This document shows positions 22,692-35,581 of a stretch of 48,487 nucleotides of DNA, piece after piece; position 1 is the first letter of the stretch, and the number at the start of each line of letters is the position of its first letter. Source of the stretch: Octopus bimaculoides (taxonomy: Eukaryota); NCBI RefSeq assembly GCF_001194135.2, contig NC_068989.1:22060545-22109031 (forward strand). The letters are read 5' to 3'. The translations under genes and the position numbers were made by a program. The notes beneath the pieces were generated by a model. It searched no databases. It saw only the letters and a list, made by a program, of their open reading frames with translations, and was not told the DNA's origin.

Positions 22692-23288
22692 CTGCAAAGT
22701 TAGAAAAGAGAAGACAAGAAAAGAAAACAGAATTCATGTTAGTAAAGTGATTGAATTGTAGCAACAAGAAAATCTTCCACTGAATTCTTGACACTACCCA
22801 CCACCAGCGTATTACAGGTTATTACTTCATTTTCAATATATTTAAATAACATTACAATAATTATCCCTTCATTAACAAAAAAATAAAGAACCCCCCCCCC
22901 CCCATCATTTTACTCGCAAAAATATTTTATCTTAATTGCAATAGTATGCCATGCAAACAATCTCCCTAAAAGATAAATAGAAACAAAAATATAGGCGCAG
23001 GCATGGCTGTGTGGTAAAAAGTTTGCTTCCCAACCACATGATTCCAGGTTCAGTCTGATTGCATTCTACCTTGGGCAAGTGTCTTGTACTACAGCCTGGA
23101 CAGACCAAGTGAGTGGATTTGGTCAATAGAAACAGAAAAAAAAAAGCTTGTCATTTAGATGTGTGTGTGTAGGAAGAAAGGAAACCTATATTTCCCTGGA
23201 TTTTAAACTCTAAATACTGCAGCACAAGATTAGATAATTGTGATTGTAACATGGCACCATTGACTCAAACTGTTCCAACACCTTTGAA

Positions 23289-23738
23289 GAGTGGTTCCCA
23301 AACTATGAGTCACGAACGGAATCCTAGTGGGTCACAGAAAGTTATAAAATTACACATTAGCTTTGATTAACTGCTGTCTATCGAGATAGTTCAAGACTCA
23401 TGTTTTCAATACCAGACTGGTTGTTTTATGAAGCAGTAGGCTTTTTTCACAAACTTAACAAATCAGAGGTGGTCATTTTCTCAAGTTACTTATTCGTACG
23501 TAATCGTAAAAAGGAAAAGTCTGTTTTTACCTATTCATAGAGAACTTTAACTAGGCGCAGTACAACACTGATCGAGCCGATATCAGTTACTGCTTCAAGG
23601 TTTTGTATTAGAGTTAATACCTGCCCATAGAGTATGGAAACGTTGAAACAGATATAAAACGTTTTGTTTCACATTTAATATAACCCTAACCCAGTAGAGT
23701 TAAGTGGGTCGCGTCTCTAAAAAGTTTGGGAACCACTG
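23289..23738. mobile_element. hAT (Charlie-type) non-autonomous element
   Basis: TIR (C/G)AGTGGTTCCCAAACT at both ends; 8-bp TSD CCTTTGAA/CCTTAGAA (7 of 8 match). Confidence 0.8.
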
Positions 23739-24650
23739 CCTTAGAATACTCCACACTTCCACCCTGATTTATAAACATTTGTAAAAAATACTAGTGCAGG
23801 TGTCATATAAAAAAGCACCCAGTACACACTGTAAAATGGTTGGTGTTAGGAAGGGTATCCAGTTGTAGAAATCATGTCAGAACAGACAATGGAGCTTGGT
23901 GTGGCCCCTGGCCATACCAGCTCCTGTCAAACCATCCAACCCATGCCAGTATGGGAAATGGATATTAAATGATGATAATCTCAGTGGGAAAATGATAGTC
24001 AGTGGTGTATCAGACAAGATACCAACAGGTATCTTTTCTGGCTCCTTGGACTATGATTTCAAATCCCGCCAAAGTCACTTTGCCTTTTGTCTTTGTGAGG
24101 TCAATACCAATCCAGAGGTGTGGAATGGCTGAATTTCTAGATATCAGAGAAGGTAAGATATCTAGTGGTATTCCAGCTTTTTGCATTCTGGGTTCAAATC
24201 TCAGCATGAACTAACTGGGGGATAACTTTATTGTCACTTTGTTCAATACCAGTACCTTGTCTTTCAGTGCTTTTAACAGAATAGCCCATTCTACCGCAAG
24301 CATTCAGACCAAGTCACATTTGGAGGACGACTTCCACCCTCCCGTCAGTTTCAGGAATAAAATGGGGCACAGTTACTGCTCCCCTCCTTACTAAGCATAA
24401 AAAAAAAGGCTGAATTTGGTATATTTGGACAGTTACATTTTGATAGAACTGTTTTTAAAGTAGAAAGTCCTTCCACTCAAACATGAAACTCAATGTAGAG
24501 CCTGGTTGTCAGCCAGGCAGATTGAGGAAAGTAGAATTTTCTGTTTTATGCAAGTGTGTAGTACAGTCACTGCCATATAGCTTTAACTCATAACATTCTT
24601 AGCACATAGCTTCTGTGATATGATAGTGCAGAAACCAACAAAGTAAAATG

Positions 24651-24682
<32 letters not shown>

Positions 24683-24864
24683 GTTTAACGTCCGCTTTCC
24701 ATGCTAGCATGGGTTGGACGATTTGACTGAGGACTGGTGAAACCGGATGGCAACACCAGGCTCCAATCTAATTTGGCAGAGTTTCTACAGCTGGATGCCC
24801 TTCGAAATGAAAATGAAAAAAAAAAAAATGCAAGTATTTAATCAAAACAAACAAAAATATTCAC

Positions 24865-25033
24865 CTGATAAGACCAAGGTTTGTCAGTTTTCATTTCAAT
24901 ACATTGAAAGCCAGACGTCATAACTTTGCCCTGAAACACAGTTCCCTCTGGGTAAGTTGACATGTCAATTGCTTCACCAAAATCAATTAATGTCAATAGC
25001 ATTGGAACCTTCAGATCAGGTGATATTTTCTTC
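24865..25033 (-). CDS. BUB1: BUB1 kinase exon: DFG and activation segment
   Basis: AAG acceptor after a pyrimidine tract and GTGAAT donor; 169 nt, phase 2-0. LTLIDFGEAIDMSTYPEGTVFQGKVMTSGFQCIEMKTDKPWSYQ vs human [42 protein letters not shown]. Confidence 0.95.
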
Positions 25034-25979
25034 CTTTTTAGTTGAAAGAAACAGAAACAGAATGACATTAATAATATCTGCATTGAAGATTTCATTATTA
25101 GAAAATACTTTTTTTTTAAACCGGAAAAAAAAAATTAATAAAATAAAATACTATAATTCTTAATTATAGCTATTAAGTGCAAGTAAGTGCCTTGCAAACA
25201 ACTGATTGAGCAATCCACTTCATTATAACAAATGTTCCATGTGGCAATTCTACTTTCTGTATCTTTGAAAATTGGAAGTTAATCTTATATAAATATATTT
25301 GTTTTTAAAAATAACCATACAATTACAAAACCTACCACTCATTCCTGAGAGGAATGAGTTTCCATAATAATTTGAAATCATTATCCAGAAGAACTACAGT
25401 TACCTATTTTGCACCATTGTACTCTAAGTTGCAGGCTCCATACATCTATTTATATTCAACTAAACACAGGAACTTATATATTATATCCACAAACAACGAG
25501 ACTTTTCATGACAGAGTGTATTGCAGAGACCTAGATGAGACAGAACTACAGACTTGTCTCTTCTATTGCTGTGCTACATCTACAGGGCAACACAGCTCCA
25601 ACCATGAGCCAGCTCAAGTGCAGTTAAGGTACTCAACACCAATAACACCACAATCAAGATACTAAATCTACAGCCTGATATCTGATAAATGCTAACATGA
25701 CCTAAAGAAAATATATAACAATACATATAGCCTATATATATAAGGTAGATGAATGAATAAGGAAAAACATTGTTTACTCCTTACTTGGTGGTCATCATAC
25801 CACTTATTTAAACCTGGAGGTATCCTGTGAAGAGATGTTGAGCAAAACTCAACAAATCGGGCACTCCTACCTTGAGACAAGAGACTTTGCTCTTAGCTCC
25901 AATTGATTATATATCAAAATTATAACCTAATGTGCACTTGATGACTGTTTCTACCACAAAGATCAAATAAAAGCCATAC

Positions 25980-26140
25980 CTGAGTTTGATGACAATGTTG
26001 TCTGGTTTGATGTCTCCATGTATTATTTTACACTTGTGTAGACGATCAACAATAGTTAACAATTCAATGAGAAAGTAAACAGCCAACGCCTCACAAGTAC
26101 TGCTGTTGCACAATTCTGCTTGTTTCTTGTTTACAAAATC
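25980..26140 (-). CDS. BUB1: BUB1 kinase exon: catalytic loop
   Basis: ATGTAG acceptor and GTATGG donor; 161 nt, phase 0-2. ...ALAVYFLIELLTIVDRLHKCKIIHGDIKPDNIVIKL(R). Confidence 0.95.
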
Positions 26141-26212
26141 CTACATGTAAGAAAAGGAGAGACTGTTTATTCCATTTAGTTTTCACTGAGGAACATAAGA
26201 AAAGTGGTAGAG

Positions 26213-26373
26213 GCATAGGAGTGGCTGTGTGGTAAATAACTTGCTTACGAACCACATGGTTCCAGGTTCAATCCTACTGTGTGGCACCTTGGCAAGTGTC
26301 TTCTACTATAGCCTCGGGCCGACCAAAGCCTTGTGAGTGGATTTGGTAGACGGAAACTGAAAGAAGCCCGTCG

Positions 26374-26412
<39 letters not shown>

Positions 26413-26600
26413 TTGTGTGTCTGTTTGTCCCCCCCAACATCGCTTGACAACCGATGCTGGTGTGTTTTACGTCCTTGTAACTTAGCGGTTCGGCAAAAGA
26501 GACCAATAGAATAAGTCCTGGGGTCGATTAGCTCAACTAAAGGTGGTGCTCCAGCATGGCCACAGTCACATGACTGAAACAAATAAGAGTAAAAAGAGTA
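26213..26600 (+). mobile_element. tRNA/CORE-like SINE with internal (TA)n(TG)n microsatellite
   Basis: GGAGTGGCTGTGTGGTAA head, CCTTGGCAAGTGTCTTC CORE-like segment, internal microsatellite. Related copies at about 17530-18250 (split), 31566-32010, 36083-36665, and head-only pieces at about 13229-13385, 16935-17090 and 22995-23150. Confidence 0.8.
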
Positions 26601-27589
26601 TAATAATAGTCATTGTGGGAATAATAATGATGATGATGGTGGTGGTGGTGGCAGCTCTTGCAACCATAGTTGTTGTTTAGCACTACCTCAACCCTGATCC
26701 AGCAGACCTATGATCAAAGACACTCCAGGCTTGACCAACCAATCGTTTCCCCTTTTTCTTTTCTTTCTTTTTTCCAAACGCTGTATCCCTATAACTACAT
26801 TGTTCAAAGTGATCTTTTTGAAAGCAGAATAAGAATTTGAGAAATTTGACTGCTATCTCTGATTGATCAAGCAGCTAGGTAGAGCATCACAAATCTGACT
26901 TCCACCCCACCCACCACTATTCTAATATTTTACTTTTTCTCTCTCCCCTAGGCAAATGTGCACCCCTAAGGCTATTGAGTACTCTTTGTACTTACACTCC
27001 GATTTTCACACCCCACTTCTGGCTTTTCTCCTATCATTGTTTCCTGTCCTGTTCCTTTCCTCGGCCCATATGCCTATGGTCACTGAGTACTCTAGTGTTC
27101 ATCATCATCATCATCATCATCGTTTAACGTCCGCTTTCCATGCTAGCATGGGTTGGACGATTTGACTGAGGACCGGTGAAACCAGATGGCTACACCAGTC
27201 TCCAATCTAATTTGGCAGAGTTTCTAAAGCTGGATGCCCTTCCTAACGCCAACCACTCAGAGAGTGTAGTGGGTGCTTTTACGTGTCACCCGCACGAAGG
27301 CCAGTCAGGCGGTACAAAATGGTGTATTTTATGTGCCACCCGCACAAGAGCCAGTCCAGGGGCACTGGCAACAATCTCGCTCGAAAATCCTTACACATGT
27401 CACGGGCACAAACACACAGCACACTGGTAAAGTAATTGATGATAGAAAGAGAATCAAGCTATAGAAACCAAATCAAATGACACATATGAGCAACAGTCTT
27501 CAGGAGTAGCAGCTCCAAATAAGAAACGGCTCAGATCAATATAATCTGTCCAAACCATGTCAGCATGTAAAGTGGACTTTAAAAAATTA

Positions 27590-27893
27590 TGCAGAGACCC
27601 CCTTTGGTCATGACTGACCATGGGATTGCACCTAGAAAGTTATCCTCCCAGGCACAAGTTCATGCATACCGACCTCCCCTCTTCACGCCACCAGTGTTAT
27701 CCAAGGGAAAGGCAAAGGCCGATACAGCTTGGCACCAGTGATGTCGCAACTCATTTCTACAGCTGAGTGAACTGGAGCAACGTGAAATAAAGTGTCTTGC
27801 TCAAGAACACAACATGCAGCCCGGTTTGGGATCTGAACTCACAACTTTGCGATCATAAGCTCAACACTCTAACCACTGAGCCATGCGCCTTCA
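27590..27893 (-). mobile_element. tRNA/CORE-like SINE (different family)
   Basis: Minus strand begins GAAGGCGCATGGCTCAGTGGTTAG (A-box) and contains TGTGTTCTTGAGCAAGACACTT (CORE-like); a related head lies at about 12870-13060. Confidence 0.65.
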
Positions 27894-27913
27894 CAAATTA
27901 TATTATTATTATT

Positions 27914-28910
27914 AAGGTGGCGAGCTGGCAGAATCATTAGCATACTGGACGAAGTGCTTACTGATATTTCATCCATCACTATGTTCTGAGTTCAAATTCT
28001 GCCATGGTTGACTTTGCCTTTCATCCTTTCGGGGTTAATAAATTAAGTACCAGTGGAACACTGGGGTCGATGTAATAGATTAGTCCCCTCCCCACAAATC
28101 TGAGGCCTTGTGCCTCCAGTAGAAAGGATTATTATTATTGAAGTGGTGAACTGGCAGAATCGTTAGCACGCTGGGCAAAATGTTTAGCAGCGTTTCATCT
28201 GTCTTCAAGTTCTGAGTTTAAATTCCACTGAGGTCCACTTTGCCTTTTATCCTTTCAGAGTTAACAAAATAAATACCAGTTGAAAACTGAGGTCGATGTA
28301 ATCAACTTACCTGCTCCCCGAAATTGCCAGCTTTGTGTCAAAACTTGAAATTATTACTATTATTGAGGTTATCTTTGCTTTCCATCTTTCTGGTGTTGAT
28401 AAAATAAAGTACCACTCAAGTACTGAGATTGATGTAATCGACTAAACTCTTCCCCAAAATTGCAGGCCTTGTGCCAAAATTAGAAATTATTATTCTTATT
28501 ATTAAGGTGAAGAGCTGGCAAAATCATTAGCACATTAGACAAAATGTCTAGCAGTGGTTTGTCCATCTTTACATTCTGTGTTCAAGTTCTACCAAGGTTG
28601 ACTTTGCTTTTCATCCTTTACTACTGGTGTCAATGTAATCATTGACTCTCTCCCCCAAACTTCAGGCCTTGAGCCTACATCAGAAAGAATTATTAGTATT
28701 AAAGCAGTGAGCTGGTAGAAGCATTCACATGCCAGATAAAATGCTTAGCATTTAGTACATCTTTACATTCTGAATTCAAAATCTGCCATGGTCAACTTGC
28801 ATCCTTTCAGGGTCGATGAAATAAGTTTCAGTTGAGCACTGGGATTCATGTAAATGACTACTCCTCACCTTTGAAATTTCAGGCCTTGTGCCTATATTAG
28901 AAAAAAATAT
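27914..28910 (+). mobile_element. Head-to-tail array of five Nin/Deu-domain-like SINEs
   Basis: Units start near 27914, 28141, 28365 (5'-truncated), 28505 and 28701, each ending in (ATT)n; the units are mutually diverged. Confidence 0.8.
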
Positions 28911-29499
28911 TTCATTTTTATTTCAACAGCTTTTACTCATGTCAATTATTTTCTTTACCTGAAGTCTTGGGCAACAAAACACTAAACAATGGCTTATTTT
29001 TATTTGCTATTGTTTGGTACATTGATTGAAATTTGACTTGAAAGTTGTAGAGATAAAGACACAGATGATAAATTACATAACAAGAATTAGAAAAGAAGTG
29101 GTATCTTGGGAGAGGCATTTTGTGAGCCATGTAGACAGAGGTAAACAACAAGTACTATGTCTTGCTCAAGGATAGAACAGAAGCTGTAGCAAATATTAAG
29201 CTACCTCAGTCATGTTTCCTACATTTTCACATGAACGAACTCTTTGGTAGTTGCATCACCTGAGAAATAACAGCCATGTGTTTCCTACATTTCCACATGA
29301 ACAAGCACTTTGGTGCACTTGCATAACCTGAGAAATAGCAACCAAATTTCACCTAAATCATAGTTGATTGTCTTAAAAAAAAGATTGGTCATAGCTGAAA
29401 TACATTTGGTCATAGGGCTGTTCTGGAGTGATAAAGCAACAACAACAACACACAGAGAAATAAACCAGTTATTTTCAAATAAATCAACTTTATACATAC

Positions 29500-29589
29500 C
29501 AACAATGTCCCATACTTGTAGAAGGGAGTTATTAAAATGCTGCCGTTGTTGTAAAAGTAGGCATCTTTGATGACTGGATAACAGGGAGA
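29500..29589 (-). CDS. BUB1: BUB1 kinase exon: hinge
   Basis: TGTCAG acceptor and GTATGT donor; 90 nt, phase 0-0. SPCYPVIKDAYFYNNGSILITPFYKYGTLL vs human [22 protein letters not shown]. Confidence 0.92.
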
Positions 29590-29920
29590 CTGACAATAGA
29601 AGAAATACACAAGTTCAAGATTCACGTACAACTAGGTAAAGAGTTGTGTGTGTGTGTGTGTGTTTATTCCAACATGTGGAACCTTTAATGCCGACACTTT
29701 TCTCTCACTCTATTTTTTCCCCCTCATCCTTTTTCTGCCAAAGACTTTCCCATTTTACTCAAGTACCAAACTAATACACCTGCTTGTTGTTCTCTCACCC
29801 ATCTGTTTTTTGTTTTCTGTACATCTGAACCATATATACATACAGATATATACACATCATCATCATATGTCCATTGTCCATACTGGTATGGGTTAAACAG
29901 TTTGACCAGAGCTGGCAAGA

Positions 29921-29970
<50 letters not shown>

Positions 29971-32059
29971 TGGTTCAAAAGAATGATATCCATTATCCTA
30001 ATATTCTTAAAATTTAGTCTATTTTGTTTTAGATCTATCACCATTGTCATCTTTTAACATCTATCTTTCATGCTGGCATGGGTTAGACAGTTTGACAGGA
30101 TCTAACAAGTCAAAGGAGTGCACCATGCACTAATGTCTATATAGCTGGATGCACTTCCTAATGCCAATCATTTTACTGAATGTATTGGATGCTTTTTCAT
30201 GGCACCAACTCTAGTGAGGTCACCATATGGCTTACAAGTCTAAAAACCTCTTTAACAAAAGATGTGTATGTGTGAAGGTGCATAGCTTAGTGGTTAGGAT
30301 GTTGCACTCACATCTCGCAACACATACTTAGATTCTTATTGTTATATACTTCAAAATTGGTAACACTAACCTAACTGCAAGGTCGGTTGCCCAGGACCCA
30401 AAAGATCTGTTAAGCACAATTATTTTCAGTTGGTTTTTTAATGTCTATGCATTAAATATGTTAATTCAAGTAGTGAAGTTAGTATTAACATGATTCTTAA
30501 TGTTCCAAGTTCAAATTCCACTGTGGTCGAAAAATTTATACAATATCCGTATACATATTTGCGACAGTAGGTTGCGTTTTCACTACGACTTAAAACGATT
30601 AGACTCCAACAGATATCATCCGGTAATTGCCATTTGAATGGAAATTTTGTTTTCACTATAAAACGACATATTGAGCCCCAACTACACTCTAGCTGAAAAA
30701 TACAGAATACTTCACAAGTAATATAAACGTCCTAAATTCAGTGGCGGCATTAAATGTCTTGCAAACAACTCGCACATGCAAGTGCTACCAATCGAGAACT
30801 CTGCATACCGGAAGCCAGCAAGTGTATGGGGTCATCAGGAGAGAATGCGCGCCGTTTCGGGGCCTACCTCTCGACAGCATCAATGTGCACCCGCCCCTAT
30901 CACTGATATGAGGCCCCGCTTGCTAGATCAACTGGTTATTAAAAACAAAGCTCAATATTTCTCTAGCCATCGCTCATCGTCTCTTTTTAACCAAATCCAG
31001 TGGCTCGCCTTCTCCACAGTATTTTGGATATTGGTCATGGTGGTATTAAATTAATGTTACACATTAATTTAATGTCTTCAATTATCTTAATTCATGTGTC
31101 TCGAATTATACATAGATATATACAAGATTTACACAGATATAAAAGTTAGAACTTGTGATCCGCTTGTGGACCTTTTTCTTTAGAAATTTTTGCCCACCAC
31201 ACTAAAAAGTTTCTCCACCCCTGCTTTAGACGTTGATAAAATAAGGACCCATTGACTATTGGGGTTGATGTAATCGACTATCAGCATCCCCAAATTTCAA
31301 GCCTTGTACCTATATCAGAAAAGATTATTATCATTATTACGAAAGTGAGCTGACAGAATCATTAGCATGCCAGATAACACTGATCTCACTACCTGAATTA
31401 TTCAATTCCTATACACTTCTACAGACCAAATAAAACAGTTTGGATGCTATTTTACATTCATTTTTATATGCCAAAGTAAGTAAATATTGTCACTTGTCAT
31501 CTGAGATCATGTACATCCGTGGACATCATAGCAAAATGAGAAATTAGAAATGAAATGTTTCTAAGTGCAGGCGTGGGTGTGTGGTAAGAAGTTTGTTTCC
31601 CAAACACATGGTTCTGAGTTCGGTCCCACTGCGTGGCACCTTGGGCAAGTATCTTCTACTATAGCCTCAGGCCAACCAAAGCCCTGCAAGTGGATTTGGT
31701 AGACAGAAACTGAAAGACGCCCATCGTGTATATGTGTATATATATACATATATATAATAGAAATATGTTACAATGTGCATTTTCGTTTTTTTTCTTCTCA
31801 CTTTCCCCCCCTATATATATATTTGTAAATATTTAGTGTGTGTGTGTGTGTCTGACTTTGTCCCCAAAATTTAGAGGTTTGGCAAAAAGAATAAGTACTA
31901 GGCTATTCAGAATAACTCCTGAATAGCCTAGAATAACTCCTGGGGTCGATTTTTTCAACTAAAGGCAGTGTTCCAGCATAGCTGCAGTTAAATGACTGAA
32001 ACAAGTAAAAAAAATCATAATCACCATTTGAAAAGGAATATTAAATGAGAACTAATTAC

Positions 32060-32146
32060 CATTTTTGAAGCATTTGGGAATTTCTTCAGCCGTTCCTGAA
32101 TTTCATCGCAAATGTAAAACTCCCAAAAGTTGCTAAATTTCATTAC
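32060..32146 (-). CDS. BUB1: BUB1 kinase exon: alphaC
   Basis: TTTTATAG acceptor and GTAATT donor; 87 nt, phase 0-0. VMKFSNFWEFYICDEIQERLKKFPNASKM vs human [20 protein letters not shown]. Confidence 0.92.
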
Positions 32147-32426
32147 CTATAAAAATGCCATTAGTTTAAAAGTTTAGTGACAGAAATAGATAAATTCAGG
32201 CATTTACTTCATTCTAAAAATAAAAAAACAGGGGGGAAAAAACAAAACAAAGAAGAGTATTAATGGTTTTTCATATACACAAAGAAACAATACATAACTG
32301 TCACACCTGCAAGTAAGTATGACCTGGTGGCTGTTAGCATGCTTTCGTTAGTTGTTTTAGCTGCCTATGTGATCACAAGCAGACACAGACCTCCTGCATT
32401 TGAACAACCAGAACATCTTTGATACA

Positions 32427-32522
32427 NNNNNNNNNNNNNNNNNNNNNNNNNNNNNNNNNNNNNNNNNNNNNNNNNNNNNNNNNNNNNNNNNNNNNNNNNN
32501 NNNNNNNNNNNNNNNNNNNNNN
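32427..32522. other. Assembly gap (96 N)
   Basis: N run next to a (GA)n microsatellite, in a BUB1 intron. Confidence 0.99.
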
Positions 32523-32561
<39 letters not shown>

Positions 32562-33363
32562 CTGCACAAGCATTTGACAAATACTCATTTGTAGCTGAGT
32601 AAACTAGAGCAATATAGAATCACTAGCATAGCTAGAGTGTGTTATGCTCAGGGCGGCCCTTCCATTTGCCGCCCCTAGACCCCACAAAAAACAGTCTACA
32701 GCAATAGCCTACAACAGGATGAAAAGTGCCACCCAGGGCAGACTGCCCCTACCACCCTTCCCCTAGCTATGCTAAAGTATAGAATGAAGAGCCTTGCTCA
32801 AAGACACTACATGCTGGCTGGTCCAGGAATTAAACCCACAACCTTACAATCTGGAGCCCAACAACTTAACTTCTAGGCTACTCGCCTTCATACAAATACA
32901 ATACTGTGACCAACAATATGGGCAAAATGTCCAACTTTCTCTATCACTGTACTTCAATGAAGCAAAAATCAGGTGTCTTGCACAAGTCCACACTGAGGTA
33001 GTGCACAAGTCCACACTGAGGTAGTTCATTATCATTTTAACACCCACTTTTCCATGCTTGCATGGGTCAGATTGAATCCATCAATGTAGATTCCTATGAT
33101 TGAATGCCCTTTCTGTTTGCTGCCAACCATATATATATAGTCACTATAGTTTTGAGGCACGATGTAAAGCAGGCCTTGCCATCCACTCAAGAAAACATAG
33201 TAAATGATCCACAAGCGCTCAAGCAAATTGAGTCCTGAACTTGTTTCAATTGCCAAAAGGTTCACAAGGCACCAACAACCCTAGAGAGAGACATTCATGT
33301 CCATAGGACATGATTAATGTTTTATTTTACTGAACCCTCATTTGTTGTTCATGACAAGAGAAT

Positions 33364-33416
<53 letters not shown>

Positions 33417-34114
33417 AAGTGCATGTGTGTGATATATTTGGGATTCCTTGTGTGATAGTTGTAAATATGTGTCATAGTCATACAGGCAGTATTCTTCATT
33501 TCCAATATTCTGTAAAAACATGTCTGGCCATGGGGAAATATCACCTTGCTTGAAAACAGATGAAGGTTAGCAACAAGAAGGGCACCCTGCCATACAAAAT
33601 GTCTCAACAAATTCCATTCAACCCAGTCAAGCATGAAAAAGTGGATGTTAAAACAATGGTGGTTATCACAGAGAAAAACCATTTTTTTCCCAATCTTTTC
33701 TTGACACAACATCAATTCTTCTGAGTTTTCTCTCCATTCATGTTTTTCCTGGCCATCAAATGTATCAGTCATATCAATTTGAAAAGGTTTGTGAAGATTA
33801 TGCTAGTGTGGAAAGCCGTTAAAGGTATTTCCTGTTTGGGATGAAGTTGGGACATGAAGGAGGATTTGTGAAGATCACACCAGTCTGCAAAGGTCTGTCA
33901 AGACCAAACTAGTCAGGAAGGCCCTGTCAAGATTGGATTAAACTGGAAGAAGGCCTAGTCAAAATCAGACAAAACCTGGCCATAACAGAATTATCCTAAT
34001 TAAGTTTGTGATTTGACTGGTCAAAACTCGGAGAAACCTATAAAAAACACTTAATACATCCACTCCAAGAACCCAAAAGGTTAACAAGCTCAATAAATTA
34101 CAATAGTAAATTAC

Positions 34115-34233
34115 CTTAAGTGCCACATCAAACATTCCACTGTCAATAGCCAAGGTGCACTCGGTACACAGCTTGTATATCTGTCCATTTCCACCTTTGG
34201 CTACCTGTTTTTCTATAACTCCTCTCCACAATC
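34115..34233 (-). CDS. BUB1: BUB1 kinase exon: Gly-rich loop and VAIK lysine
   Basis: TTTCAG acceptor and GTAATT donor; 119 nt, phase 1-0. LWRGVIEKQVAKGGNGQIYKLCTECTLAIDSGMFDVALK. Confidence 0.9.
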
Positions 34234-34499
34234 CTGAAAAAAGAACAAAATGATGAGCAGGAAAAAAATCCTGTCACATTTTTGACACACTCTGAGGGTA
34301 CTTACTCAATACTTACAGTAAAATAAACATTAATTTTTTCATTCTTTGTATATTACTTTATACCGTAGTGGTTAAATTTGTAGCAATCTTACCCTTTAAA
34401 AATGAGCTTAGGAGCAGACCCACATCAGACAGTTCAAGCAACACTGAGATCATAAAGCCATTTTATGAACAAAGAAAATTGTTTAAGGTTGGTTAGTAG

Positions 34500-35160
34500 A
34501 CCCCCTCATCACCAAACAGCTAATGAGCTTAATCAATGAGTTGCCCTTCATTCATCATTGAAGAGTAGATTTGCTGGTGAACCTTTCTTGGGTAGAATCA
34601 TCACATGTGATGAAAAGCAAGTTCTCTACAATCACATCCAACAAAAACAACAAATGTTAACGCTCAAAGAAAAAGCAGAATCCATCTCTAAACCTGGACT
34701 TCACCCGAAAAGTGTTATGCTGTTTTTGGTGGAATATAAACGGTCTCATTTATCCTGAAGTGTTAAACCAAAACAAAACAGTTAATGCAGAGAAGTATAG
34801 TCTTTCAACAAAAGCACTGCATAAAAATTTGCAGAAAATATGCTTGTCACTGGTCAGTCATAAAGTGGTGTTACTCTTACGCAATAATGCAAGAGCACCA
34901 CCAACATGGAAAATGGATGATGATGTTGATGACATATAACCCAAGTCACTCAGGAAAAGATTATGGCACAACATACAGAAGTTTTACTTAACCTTCCGTA
35001 CTCACTTGACCTTGCTCCATCTGACTAACATCTTTTCAGATCATAACAACATTGTTTAGAAGGAAAATATCTTATTAATTGTGAAGTGGTTAAAAACGAT
35101 ATTGAGTATTTCTTTGCTTCAAAAACTGAAGAATTGTATGCTTGAAGGATCAAACTGTAT
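34500..35160 (+). mobile_element. Highly decayed mariner transposase remnant in a BUB1 intron
   Basis: Fragments FLGRIITCDEKQVLY, LHPKSVML, WWNINGLIY, NNARAP and PYSLDLAPSD*HLFRS in broken frames; TIRs not identified. Confidence 0.8.
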
Positions 35161-35330
35161 GCTCCACTCACAAGATTTGGGTCAGTGCAGAGCTACAACA
35201 GAAGACACCTGCCCAAGGTACCATATAGTAGGGCTGAACCTGAAACCACACGATTGGAAAGTGAACAGCTAAACCATGCAGCCCTATCTGTACTTTTCGA
35301 AAATATTTCCGTTGAGTCTGCAGCACTCAC

Positions 35331-35581
35331 CAATTGTAACTTGAAAATTTGTTCGCAAAATTGGCAGGTCTTCATTTAAGCAATGGTAGGAGTCATGATA
35401 CTCTAATGGTTCAGAAAGGTTGGCAAGAACTTTCTTCTGGTGCTCTTTGCAGAATGGATCAGCAATAAGAAGTTGCTTGGAAGATACTTGACTGAAGTGG
35501 CTGTTGGTATGATGACTCGGATCAGCTGTACGGTTCTCCAGACTAGAATGTGTTCCTTCATTGCTTCTTTCTTTGATTGGG
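35331..35581 (-). CDS. BUB1: BUB1/MadBub exon: KARD second half and kinase N-terminal extension
   Basis: TGTAG acceptor and GTGAGT donor; 251 nt, phase 2-1. PIKERSNE...ADPFCKEHQKKVLANLSEPL...LPILRTNFQVTIG vs human NPWDDKLIFKLLSGLSKPV...LPAIKPKTEFQLG. Confidence 0.9.

Noticed and set aside
30500-31225. Possible hAT remnant ending AAGTTTCTCCACCCCTG, with ORFs 30438-30656 and 30776-31054
   Set aside because: Only one TIR-like end and no convincing transposase motifs; not supportable.
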